A stretch of DNA of 64,000 bases from Ruditapes philippinarum (taxonomy: Eukaryota). The DNA is taken from positions 1-64,000 of the forward strand of contig NW_026852809.1 in NCBI RefSeq assembly GCF_026571515.1, written 5' to 3'. How positions within the stretch are numbered: the stretch's first letter is position 1; the number at the start of each line of letters is the position of its first letter. The notes under the pieces are model-generated. The model was not told where the DNA came from. It saw only the letters and a program-made list of their open reading frames with translations, and ran no database searches. The position numbers were made by a program, and so were the translations under genes. Positions 37,478 through 49,904 of this stretch are shown here, in pieces.

Positions 37478-39619
37478 TACTCTTATTTATTGCAAAATAT
37501 TACACATTCAGCGGTACACATTCAGCGATGACAAACATCTAACATGATCTAAAACCATTATTAAACATTTGTTTATACCTTATTTGCCATTTCGAAATTA
37601 AACAAAAGTTTTGGAGGCAATGTGTGCCTTAAAACATTTACTTACGGTGTTAATATACATATATTTTGCAAACATTGTTCATGAGATTGTTTTAAATAAT
37701 ATTGAGGTTGTGATATGTTATATGTTATTTATTTATATTTTTAAATGTATTCCGTATTTATATACAAGCTACATAACATTTACTCATCATCGGTCGCTAT
37801 CGTTATGCGAATGATATATAAAAATGTGAGCACATATAACATCTAACGTGTACTTTAATGGAAGCTAAACTATCGTGAGGCTTATCTCCAATGGCAATTA
37901 ATTTTGAATTAAATGACACCATCATTTGTATAACCAATATTTCAAGTTATTTAACAATACAATTATAAGCAAAACAAGGCAAACACGTGACGAATTATTA
38001 TCTTGTTTGTGTTATTAACAAATAAAGTGTTTTCAAAGCCCCTGTAAAGATGTCAATAAAAATAGATTACACCATAGCTTTTCATAGAAAAAATGTTTTT
38101 ATATTGGAAAACAAACTGATAGTACATGTAAATATTGACTTTGGTAGATTTCACCTTGCATTTCTCTTTACAATTAATTAAACAAAAATACAAAAATCTA
38201 ATTTAAAATTTGCTTATTGTATTTTACATCATAGATATTGCAAGAGCATACACTAGATTTATTTTCAAAGGAAATACTAGTTCTTTTATTCTGCAAAACT
38301 ATCATGTGTATAAAAATATATGTGTACGGTTGGTAAATTAAAAGTCTTGAAAAACCGGATTCAATCGAAGCACACAGAACAAAAGGAACGAAAGCTGAAA
38401 ATAAAAATACGGTTTTATTACAGCAATTTACAATTGACAAAGGAAATAACAATACACCGGCAAACATTACGGACAACGTTACTACAGCTCATGTCAGTAC
38501 AATTACATGCATGTTGTTCTTGTTTTTTAGGACTTGTCTATATTTTAATTAATATCTGCTCGTTTTAAATAACAAGATTATAGAAGATAAAAATATATGA
38601 ATACAAGTTTTCAGAAATCATTCCCGTATGTATAATGCATGTCACTGAATCTATGCTGAAACCTGTTATTACACATAAAACATACATACAAATTCATTGT
38701 GAGAGCGCCAAGTATTCATTAGACGTTAAAAAAGCATTTCATTATCATTTGAAAGAATGTCATTCTGATAGCTGTCGTTCAAACACCCTTTTGAATTGCG
38801 ATATAAATGATATAAAGCGTTGCATAAATAACTTAAATGAAATCAGTCGTTTTTACCGACCTTCATAATTATATTACTCCGCTTTTGAACGTTAAAAAAG
38901 AGAGTTCTCAAATGTAATATATCGTATTTCTTTATTCATACACATTTTTTCTTCCCTTTATAGAATTATAGATGGCGTAAACTAATCTTATTATCGTCTA
39001 TTGCAAATCTTAAGCTATAAAATCGCCACATGATTTCCGTTCTTTCAGGAACGTTTATTTACATGTTTAACATCCATCATTGGTTCTTTGTGTGATTTGC
39101 GTATGACATATTAAAAAAAGTCAATTACTCTTTACCACAAACCATCTTCTTCTGCTCTTTAGCTTGAAAAAATATTAAAAAAGAAATTAACAATCCAACT
39201 ATAATGGTTGTAACACAAACGCTGGGATTTTGTTAAATGATAGAAAACCAAACAGAACACTAGAAAATGACTTTTATCTTATATCCAGTAATTTTAGTCT
39301 TTGTATAGATGTATTATATGAAACGTTTAAATTTGATTTAGTTACTAACTTTTTGCCCCAGCATAAAAGAAAATCGGAAAATACTCACGTAAAATTTCAC
39401 TTATGTGCACATATCTTTACTGGTAACATCCCCAAAGCAAAAATAAATTTGAAACATTTCCTATTTTCATTATTTTGATATACAAGTTATGTAAGCATTA
39501 GTCAAATTGTTCACGTTAAATTAATAATTGAATACTCAGTATTTACGCATTAAACATTCAATTAGCTTACATTGGAGGAGGTCTCTTTTTACTTAGGTTA
39601 TACTTTCGCAATGTAAAAA

Positions 39620-40636
39620 AGACTATCACAGCGGCTTTGTTCAGCTAGACTTGATTCCCTGAGGATAGAAATGTTCCTGGTTTCCCGATAAGAACTTCTT
39701 AAAGGCAAATCATCGTGGGTGTTGTCAGCCTATCATCTTAGGTTTGATCAGCGTGTCTGTATTTCCTGAGGCTAGAACCGAGCTTTGTTTATCATTAAGA
39801 ACTTCATGCCTATCACCGTGGGTTTGATCAGCTTGACTGTATTCCCTGAAGCTAGATAGGTTATCGGTTTTCCGTTAAGAACTACAAAAATGGCCTATCA
39901 CTGTTGGTTCGGTCAGGTTATAAATTGTATTTCCTGAGGCTAGATCCGGGCTTTGTTGTCAAGTAAGAACTACTTAAAAGGCTTATCACCGTGGGTTTGG
40001 TCAGCTTGACATCATTCCAAAAGGATAGACCGGGGCTTGGTTTTCCATTAAAAACAAATAAAAAGACATATCACCGTCGGTTTGGTCAGATTGAATAGAT
40101 TATCTGAGCCTAGAAAGGTTGTTATTTTGCCATTTATATTTCTAGAATGGCCGCACCGCGGTTTTGGTCAGTTTGACTGTAGGCTAGAACCGCGTTTTTT
40201 TTGTTAATACCAACTCAAAAGGCTTATCAATGTGGGTTTAGTTAGCTTGGCTGTATTCACACAGGCTAGATACGTTATTGGTTTTCCGTTAAGAACTATC
40301 AAAAAGGCTTATAACCGTTGGTCAGCTTTACTGTATCTTTACTGTACCTGAGGCTTGAAAGGCTGTTGGTTTTCTGTTTAAAACTATTACAAAGGCCTAT
40401 CAGTTTTTTTTGTTTCGTCAGCTTGAATGTATTTCCTGAGGCTAGAACCGGGCTTGGTCATCCGTTGAGAATTATTAGAAATGCATATCACCGTGTGTTT
40501 GGTTAGCTTGACTTATTTCCTGAGGCTAGAACTGGGGTTGTTGTCCGTTCAGAACTACTGTTAATGCCTATCACCATGTGTTTTTTTCAAATTGACTGTA
40601 ATCCGTGAAGATAAGAAGGTTCTTTGTTTTCTGTTA
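39620..40636. repeat. ~80-82 bp diverged satellite, left block
   Basis: Recurrent TTTGGTCAGCTTGACTGTATTCCCTGAGGCTAGAA...GTTAAGAACTACT..AAAGGCCTATCACCGTGGG. Confidence 0.88.
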
Positions 40637-42391
40637 AGTGGGTGCAAACACAGATGTTGTGCTGCCATCTGGTAAACCTGCAAACGTTCTAGCACAAGAC
40701 TTTAGTGACTTCTTTGTGGGTAAGGTTGAAGGCATACGTAATGGGATAGCCAGGACCAATTCTCACCAACAAACAGACAATGTTGTCCCTGAAACACCTT
40801 TCAATGGAGAGCAATTTTCAAACTTTTAAGTAGTCTCTGATATGGAAATTTCAAAAATTATTCGCAATTTCGCCAAACAAATCCTGTGAACTTGACACCA
40901 TTCCAACATGGATGATGAAAAATTGTTTAAATGATTTATTACCATTGATCACAAAAATCATAAACACTTCACTTGAGAGGGCCTATGTACAACCCGCTTT
41001 TAAAAGTTATAGAATCAGACCTTTAATCAAAAAGTCAGGGTTGGATCAAGAGGTTATCAAAAACTACCGGCCTGTATCTAATTTACCGTTTGTCTCCAAA
41101 ATTCTCGAGAAAGATGTCGATACCCAACTTGAAAGACACCTACCTGCACATAAACTTCATGAAGAGCGTCAGTCGGCCTATAGGTAGTTTCATTCAACAG
41201 AATCTGCTCTATTGTGTGTACAAAATGACATTCTGCGCTCTCTTGATTAGAATAAAGCTACTGTTCTAGTAATGTTGGACTTTTCTGCTGCTTTTGATAC
41301 GATCGACAACGTACCCTCCTTTTCCGGCTCGAACAACACTTCGGAATAGTAGGCAAACCTTTACAAATGAATGAAATAATATCTGTGTGAGCGTTATCAA
41401 ACTGTCTGCGTCAATGGTGAACTGTCAAAACCTGTACGTATGATATTTTCTGTTCCACAAGGGTCCGTTCTTGGTCCGAAGAATTACATCATGTACACCA
41501 AACCTGTGGGCGCGATCTGTCGGAAGCATAAACTTCAACAACATTTCTACTGATGATTCGCAATTGTACATTGCATTTAAACCAAAGGAAGCCATTTTAC
41601 GCAATGAGACCTTGCGACGGATTGAAGCATGCCTGAATGACATCATACTATGGATGAATAATAACTTTATGAAACTCAATGCGGACAAAACAGAGGTGAT
41701 CGTCTTTGAACCAAAACGAAGTGATATTGAAGTTCTTACTGTAAGAGTCGGTGATTCTGTAATAAAACCATCAACAACAGTGGGAAACCTTGGCGTCGTA
41801 TTGGACTCTCATTTAGACATGGAACAGCATGTGAACTCAGTTTATCGTTCATGCTTCATGAAAACACGACAAATAGGTCAAATTCGAAAATACTTGACTG
41901 TTAATTCACCAAGAATCTTGATAAACGCGTTAGTGACATCAAAATTAGATTACTGTAATTCCTTGCTATATGGATATCCAAAGTACGTTTTCAAGAAGCT
42001 CCAAAATGTTCAAAATAGGGCTGCTCGTTTTATTACCAGGACACCGCAAAACTGCCACATAACCCAGGTTTGAAAGGAACTACATTGGCTTCCTGTGCAC
42101 ATCAGAGTCGAGTACAAACTCCTTACATATGTGTCAATTATTTAAGAGGTTTTATTAAGACTGATTATGTTTTAGGTTTTTTACCTGAATTTTATTATTT
42201 ATGTGGGTCTTCTTAACTTTTTTAAACTACATTTGATTTGAATTTGTGACTTGAGCAATATTGATGTTTTAATTTATTTTTTTCTTATAAATATTGTATC
42301 ATTTATTTGGTTATATTGTACAGTACTTTTGAACGTGTCAATGTGCATGCAAAAAGTGCTTAAGTAGTTTGATATATAATAATAATAATAC
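40637..42391 (+). mobile_element. Degenerate L2/CR1-group LINE, 3' portion (RT pseudogene)
   Basis: Broken frames NYRPVSNLPFVSKILEK, QSAYR*FHSTESAL, VMLDFSAAFDTID, VPQGSVLGP, (Y)TDDSQLY, SKLDYCNSLL, LHWLPV; (TAA)n tail at ~42376-42391. Confidence 0.92.
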
Positions 42392-42394
42392 TTC

Positions 42395-43260
42395 AAACAC
42401 TGTTTGTTTGGTCAGCTTGAATGTATTCCTGGAGACTAGAAAGGTTGTTGGTTTTCCGTTAAATATCTTAAAAGGCCTTACACCGTGGAATTGGTCAGCT
42501 TGTCTGTATTGCATAATGCTTGAACCGGATTTTGTTTTTCGTTTGGAACTACTCAAAAATTCTATCACCGTTGGATTTGGACAGCTTTACTCTATTCTTT
42601 GAGACTAAATTTACTTGTTTTTCCATGAACAACTACGACTGTGTTATCTGAGCTTAGAAATGTACTTGTTTTTCCATTAAGAACTACTACAAAGGCATAG
42701 CATCGTAAGTTTGGTTAGCTTGGCTGTATTATCTGAGGCTATAAACGGATTGTTGACCGTTAAGAACTACTTAAAAGGCTTATCACCATGGGTTTTGTCA
42801 TCTTGACTGCACTCCCTGAGACTAGAAAGGTTCTTGGTTTTTCGGTGAGTACTAATACAAAGACCTATCACTGTCGGTTTTGTAAGCTTGACTGTATTCC
42901 TTGAGGCTAGAACCGGACGTGGTTTTTTGTCAAAAATTACTTAACATGGCATTCCCACCGCGGGTTTTATCAGCTTGACAGTATTGCCTGAGACTAAAAC
43001 CATTAAGAAAAACGAAAAACTGCTTTTATATAAAAGGCCTATTACTGTTGGATTGGTAAGCTTGACTGTATTCTCTGAGCCTAAATCCGTGCTTGGTATT
43101 CTGTTTAAGAACTACTACAAGGGTCCATCAACGTTGGTTTGGTTAGCTTGACTGTATTCCTCTATAAATGTTCTTGGTCATTTACTTTGATAACTACTTA
43201 AAGTCATATCACTGTTGGTTTGGCCAAATTGAGACTTGGCTAAAGCCAGGCTTGGTTTTT
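42395..43260. repeat. ~80-82 bp diverged satellite, right block
   Basis: The same monomer resumes right after the LINE tail. Confidence 0.88.
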
Positions 43261-46125
43261 CAACTATGTCACCCAGACAACTATTTTTTTTCCATTTAAT
43301 GTTAATAACCTAATTTGCAATAATTTTATAAATGTTAACAAATGGATTGAAAGTTAACGAAAGACATCTGAAGCGATCTATTCAAATCTAGCGTCCGGAT
43401 AATAATTAGCCCTTAATGGTGGTATAAAACATTTAGTTCAATCGGTTTTGGTGACAAGCTTATTTCTTTGAAATATACTGTAAAGGAAATGGTAAATTGT
43501 CACGCATAAGTTGCTATGTTAAATGAACTACTTATACAAAATGTATACAGTCTTTTAAAAACAATTTATTTTTAACACATGAAATCATTATTAATCTTCC
43601 CTAAATTCATGGCAGAGATTTAACTATGATGTGAACAAAACTTTATTTTAACTTTATTACATGTTTGATAGATGTATTTTCGCTGATTATATCTTTTTAT
43701 GATCAAATTTTGCCGTTAAGTCTCCTTAACCCTAATTGGTATTCCTTGGTAACTGAATGATACTTATGTAGGAAAAATCCCACCTGGACACAATGGAAAC
43801 CACTTACATATTGCATGTATCAAAATGTAAAAAATGAATTATTTAAACAATTTACATTCAAATTAGTACTTTGTCACAAATAGCTGTATCACAATAAGCT
43901 CATTTAAATCACAAATTTCCAACTTAAACATAACTAAACGTACATATGAAAATTTCTAAGTAAGCTGTATGTAGCTTTGTAAGGAAAAGTACGATCAGAG
44001 TACATTCGGGGAAATTCCGCGTTAGAAATGAAAAAAAAAGTTGAAAAGTCTGTTGAATTGAGCATACCAAATGAAGTGCATACTATACAATGAAAAAGAA
44101 GGATTTTCTGTGAGTTTAACATTTGATGTTAAAACGTTGTACAATTTTGTGTCCTTGTCAGTAATGAATTTGTTTCGATGATGTGAGGCTGAATCAGACC
44201 GAGTCTGCAAAATTTTCAATTTTGGCGTTTATGGTGTTCTTAAGAGATTCCTGGTTTCTCTTTTTAACACAGAATTTACATGATCAGGTAACATGTAAAA
44301 CCTATGTTTGTACAATCTCAGACTTAATGTATCTGTTCGTTACAAGACTGTACTTTATCCGTCATAGATTACAGTTCTGTAATCATTATTTTGAAACGAA
44401 ATAATGTAGTCTTAGAAAGATATAAGTTCTGAAGAATGCATCTTGATTTAGTATTTTCAATTGAAATTAAAATACGTAAACAATAAATCAAATTTTATTC
44501 ATGGGATACTGCGCTACTTAAATCATCGAGTATATGTCTGTAAAAATCGTTTTATTAGTAGAATAAGTTATTTATTAGGTCTTTGATAAATTTAGGAAGA
44601 AAATCCGAAAGAGGCTATTTCAATGTAAGTAAAGACAACAAAATCACTCTCAGGTAAATATTGTTGATTCATTTTTTTATGTACTATCATTACCCTTTTG
44701 TTTACTAGTTATTTCATGGAAACCATGAAACAATATGTAACATGTTGACGTCAAAATTCTACACAATGGTTTATTTTAAATGACCACTTTAAACATTAGG
44801 GAATTTAAAGTTAAGGTTATTAAGTTTAAAAATGTCACTGTATAGCAAACATATTATTCAGAACATCTCCCTGCACAATCCTTTTAGATTCCTTTTCACT
44901 AACAACGTGCATTTTTTGTCGTGAATTTCTAGATTATTGCCATAAAAAATAATGATCGTCATTATGTACGTATTTTTTCCAAACATAAAGAAAAATATAT
45001 ATATACAAAACAGACAATCAAATAACACCTACTCAAATAAAGATTCAAAGAAAGTTATGCCAATTTTAAAGTAATTTCACCATTACTTTTTAATATTTAG
45101 GATGACAGTGGCGACGAAAGGTTCAGCTTGTATTTCATGAAGCCTTGTCTTGATAGATATTTCATACAACAAATGTATTCGTTTCTACAACTAACCTCAT
45201 TATATTATAATATTTATCTCAGATTCAAGAGCAATACCAAGTCCAAAAGATGTCTGAGGGCAATACTCTGTTCCATGATTATTTTTCTTCTCAGCTACAA
45301 AAATGGCAATGTCTTATCTCATTTCTGCTTTGACATTAACAATATTTGCCAGTGGTTTCCTTGACCAATGTCTATGTTTTTTCTGTTATATTCAAATACA
45401 TTCAATGCTTATTTCTTTTTCATTTCTAGTAATTTCAAGTACGTTTTACTTACACTATCCAATCACTTCAATGGTTCTTTGATTTGCTCTGAATTTTGCT
45501 ATTTGAATCCCGAGAGGCCATTTTCATTTTCTCCATTATCCAATAACTGTTTTGATTCAAAACCATCCTCATCTATGATCAAGGCTTGATATTAACAAGT
45601 ATATAGGCAGTGAACAAATTCATACAACTACTACTGAAAACATTCATACAATACCTAAATCACTACATAAATCCTAGAAAAAAATGTTTACGAAACCTCT
45701 GTTTTTAATTGATTGGATTTTTTTTAAACAAATGACAAGCTATGTAGAAGAATGCAAACAATGCTGACCAGTTTTACTTAAGAAAGCTGGAATGGAAGAA
45801 AGACTGTGCAGAATTCATTTTTAGAATTACTATGTCCTTATAAGGCATATAACAAGTAATTATGTACTTTGTAGTATTTAAAGATACAGTTGATGTAATT
45901 ATCAAGACTTGACTTGTTTACAAAGTTTTCATGCGATTGGTAAAAGAAAATGCTTTCATTAATTTTGAGTGGTTTGAAGAATAAATAAATAAAAATGTGT
46001 AAACTAGTATAGTGTTACATTTCTCAATAAGGTTTAGAAAATTCGGGCTGATGCTGATAATAGAAACACAATAAATAATTTATTGTACTGATGTCCAATA
46101 AAAATGATGTCAATTAATCAGCATT

Positions 46126-46500
46126 ACGCAGACTTCATAACCTCTGATCCCCTTTCAAAATTCCATTTTATTTAGTTCCGCCCATTGTTTTCTCGTTTAG
46201 GGCACACGTTGTTTATTACTTGGGGACCATACGCCGCTTTTCATGGAATGGCACGGAAGTGTCACATTGAAGGTTCCATGATAACCGCCGTATGAACACA
46301 TCTGAGGATGCCCCTAAATTCAAAATTGTACTATTTCACGTTTAAATGTTGAATTCTGCTTAAGCCGGTGCTAGGGGGCGTGGACGGTAACTTGCACTTT
46401 CCAGTACCGTCCATGAACAGGCTCAATCAAACCGAGCCTGCAACATTTTCAATTTTGCCGTGTTGGGCTTTCTTTTGGGTTTCTGTATTTATCTATTTTT
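46126..46500 (-). mobile_element. Same element, inverted truncated copy with empty paralogous site
   Basis: Reverse complement of ~19097-19468; inserted in CAGCATT|GGTAATATG, which is uninterrupted at ~16345-16360. Confidence 0.85.
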
Positions 46501-47381
46501 TGGTAATATGCAAGATGTCTGTATTTGTATATTTTACGTACAGAATTTTTATGTACATGAAATTCTGGTTTAAGTAACCGAACACAACGTCGACAGTTCG
46601 GTTAATTTAGCATAATTTTATATCCCTAGAATATGGACTACATATATATGAAAGAAGTGTATCCAAATAGGTTTTTATGGTATATTTTTAAGAATATGAT
46701 AAACAAGATCAACAAGGAAAGGCGGCGTTCAATGAACGCAACCCCCACATGACCCAGCAACAAGAACCAATGGCAAGGAGCCCAGGGGGACCCCAAACAA
46801 AAACAGGACAGGGCAAAGACAGAGCACGGACAGGTTAATCATTAAATGATAATTAATTTGTAACTTATTAGGAATTCAAAGAAAATAAAAATAGGCCCAC
46901 AAAGGGGAAGGGGACAGGAGACCGGGGGAGGGGTGGGAGTAATCAAAGAAATAAAAACTAGAGGCAATGGGGAAGATACTTACCGTAGACGAGAAAACAA
47001 CAAGGGACACAAGCAAAAGTGTCACCAAAACAGTATGAAACAACATAAGACATACATCTGAGGAACACAGTGGGCGCCGCTTGGAACGGTCAGCAGCATA
47101 ATAATGACTGCTGGGGAGTTTAAACCGGTTAATGGTGCACCAAACCTCGCTCTTAGCCCCACCATGTTCCTATAAACGAGACAGTGTAAATAAAATGAAT
47201 CCCCGCCAAGTGAAATTCTAACAGTTGTCATGGTTACAAAAGGTTAAATAAGTAAAACACTAAAATGATCATGTAGAAACATATAAAAGTAAACCAAATG
47301 ACCATAACAAAAGTACTCAATGTCCTAAAGGAAGACAGAGCAACAAGAAAATCACCTACAAGGGCCCGACGAAGCAAGGCA

Positions 47382-47445
47382 GAAGACGAACATTAAGACA
47401 ATTCAGTCCCAAAAGGCTTTACGAACTATCCATCATAGAGTCTCC
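47382..47445 (-). promoter_or_regulatory. SECIS-like stem-loop (type II geometry) with mutated 3' core
   Basis: Minus strand: GGAGAC-tct-ATGAT-GGATAGTTC-GT-AAA-gCCttttGGg-AC-t-GAATTGTCT-TAAT-gttc-GTCTTC. Helix I, AUGA, 9-bp helix II, apical AAA and mini-helix are present; the 3' core reads UAAU rather than UGAU. Confidence 0.65.
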
Positions 47446-47466
47446 CACTTGGTCCGTCAGATGCAA

Positions 47467-48345
47467 TCAAAAGAGGAAAGCGTAGTGTCCAACTGTAAAA
47501 GGGTTGAACACTAAACATGCAGTATGTCTTAAAATAGTAGGGTCATAACCTCTTTTAATAAAACGTTTAATGATTTTAGTAAAAACAGCAGAAAAATTAC
47601 CATGACCCAAAATCTTACGAAGTTTGTAAATCACATCGCCATAAAAACCAGGCTGGCTAATCCTTTGTCGCAGAAGAGTTTTTAAATCACTATTGAATTT
47701 GGAAATTAAATCAAAGTTACGATTGTAAAATTTAGTAAAATATTTCCGTAATTTATGATAGCGGTAGCCCTGTTTTAGAAGCTTGCTGGTAATAAGAATA
47801 TTTCGCTCGTTAAAATCCTTTACGTTGCTACAAGCTCTAGCGAATCTAATTAACTGGGAAACATAAACCCCGTAAGATGTTGCATGGGGTACGTCTCCAT
47901 CTAAATGTGGATAATTAACTATACAAAAGTCAAAGTCATCTCTTTTATCATAGATTTTCGTGTGAATAGAATTGTTGTTGATAGTAATATGAAGATCCAA
48001 AAATGATGTACTAAAATTTGAAGAGTTCGTTTTATTAAGTTGTAGTTCATGCGGATAAATGTCAGACACCATTTGATCAAAATAAGGATTATCTAAATTA
48101 AAAATATCATCAAGGTATCTGGAAGTATTATTAAATGCGACTATAACATCTTGTTGTTTATCTTCAGAGAGACTCAACATAAAGTCTCTTTCATAGCAGT
48201 ACAAAAACAAATCGGCGACCAGGGGTGCACAATTAGTACCCATAGGAATTCCTATGATCTGTTTAAATAGGGTATTACCAAACCTGACATAAATGTTGTC
48301 TAAAAGAAAAGAGAGTGCTCTACAAACTTCGTCACAGGTCCACAT
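47467..48345 (-). CDS. Penelope-like reverse transcriptase, C-terminal half
   Basis: Uninterrupted 292-aa ORF with the C-terminal RT motifs and thumb. Confidence 0.85.
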   Translation of the reverse strand: MWTCDEVCRALSFLLDNIYVRFGNTLFKQIIGIPMGTNCAPLVADLFLYCYERDFMLSLSEDKQQDVIVAFNNTSRYLDDIFNLDNPYFDQMVSDIYPHELQLNKTNSSNFSTSFLDLHITINNNSIHTKIYDKRDDFDFCIVNYPHLDGDVPHATSYGVYVSQLIRFARACSNVKDFNERNILITSKLLKQGYRYHKLRKYFTKFYNRNFDLISKFNSDLKTLLRQRISQPGFYGDVIYKLRKILGHGNFSAVFTKIIKRFIKRGYDPTILRHTACLVFNPFTVGHYAFLF

Positions 48346-49005
48346 TGTATAATGTTTTACAATACCGTAAGTCCTATTTTTACAAGGCAGACAACTGTGT
48401 TAAGCTGTCGTGCTCTTGCTAACGCTATTACTCTTCTTTGTAAGAAACGTTTCGTCAGAACACTTGCCAGTATATGTTTATCATGACGGAAATTTTAGCA
48501 ATGCTGCCCTTACTATATTTGACCTTGTTTTTGTAACGTGATTTGCTTTTTTAAAAAAATCGACTACCCTGAAGATTGAATTTGATACACGTCGACATAT
48601 TTAAAAACTACGCTAAAGATAAGGATTTAAATATTTGAAGACAATATGTGATTGTTTATACTTACTTTTGTTTAAAATTCATTTGTCTGCAGATATTGAA
48701 ATAAAGCTACTGAAAAGTTACTTTTTTATCAATTTGTTTCTTTAGGCCCTATAATATTTGAGCGTATAGTGGCACGGACCTTGTTGTTCATCCTTCAGTC
48801 TATGAACTAGTTCGTGTCCGTTAAAATCGACAAAAGTTAATTAAAAATATTGGAGAGAAATGTTGACTGTGCTTAAATTTCTAAATTTCGTGTCCGTTCT
48901 GTATCTTTTGAATCGATTTGGAGAACCTAGGTTGTTTGAACTTCCTCGGGTCAAAATTTTCACCGCCTTGGTGTCACCTGATTAATATAAACTTATGTAG
49001 GAAAC

Positions 49006-49162
49006 TAGAGAAAACGGAATCATTTAAGAACGCGCAAAACGACAAAATTGAAACTGTTATGGACTCAGTTTAATTTAGCCTGTCCATGGATGGTACTGAA
49101 AAGTGCAACTTACCGTTCACGCGACCCCTAGTACCGGCTTAAGCAGAATTCAATATTCAAAC
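49006..49162 (+). mobile_element. Diverged partial copy of the same element (further fragments at ~9168-9265 +, ~30035-30200 +, ~44183-44262 -)
   Basis: ACGACAAAATTGAAA...TGGATGGTACTGAAAAGTGCAACTTACCGTTCA...CCCCTAGTACCGGCTTAAGCAGAATTCAA. Confidence 0.75.
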
Positions 49163-49904
49163 TTAAAACACATAATTAAGTAGTTTTAAAGTGTAGAACT
49201 TCAATGCCTAGGTGTAGCATTACTCTTAATCTCTACATAAGTGATGTTTGTTATGCCCCTCTGGTCGATTATTACGCCGCTCTGGGTATATTTGATTTAT
49301 ATACACTTGTCAAGAAAGAGAATGAAGTCTTAATGTGTGAATCTAAAATACCCACTGTTAAGATATTAATCACTATAGTACTACATTTCTTTGTGGACCC
49401 CTATAAAATTGATATTTCTTACGCCCTTAGTGAACTTATTTGAAATCGCTGAGTAGAAAAGACTTATTTTTAGAAACACATTTTGTGTAAAACTATCATG
49501 CCCAAGGTTTCAATATTTGGCATGAAACATAGTCATTAAGATTTCAACAAAATGTATGAACTTTTTGTCGATGTTTGGCCCATCAAAGGGATCATTTGGT
49601 TGATATAGAACATATGTTTCAGTCTAATTGTGTGAAACTAAATCACCCCGAATTTAGATATATGTCATGTTGTAGGCCCATTTGGATAACTACAGCACTT
49701 CTTGTAAGTATTCTTCTTGAGCCAGTTTCGTCCGCCACTGTGGTCACTTGATATAAACTTGATATAAAATTTTATATAGGAAAATACATATACATCATAC
49801 CATGTGATATTTGTTTGTCCAAAGCTAAGTTCTTTGGTACATAGCATTGCCTTATGAACGTTCACAAAACTGACAGTTACGCCTTTTGGGTCATTTGAGC
49901 TATA

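Larger units (their letters stand above)
46700..48370 (-). mobile_element. 5'-truncated Penelope-like retroelement, Naiad/Chlamys-type RT
   Basis: ORF 47467-48345: QIIGIPMGTNCAPLVADLFLY, RYLDD, FLDL, YDKRDDF, YGVYVSQLIRF. The ORF ends after the thumb with no C-terminal GIY-YIG domain. About 750 bp of 3' tail. Absent from the paralogous segment near 16770/21125. Confidence 0.88.
45385..48910 (+). repeat. Segmental duplication copy B
   Basis: See copy A; carries different insertions. Confidence 0.85.

Noticed and set aside
22895-43260. Regularly spaced repeats as CRISPR arrays
   Set aside because: Whole monomers repeat with no unique spacers, there are no cas genes, and the context is eukaryotic.
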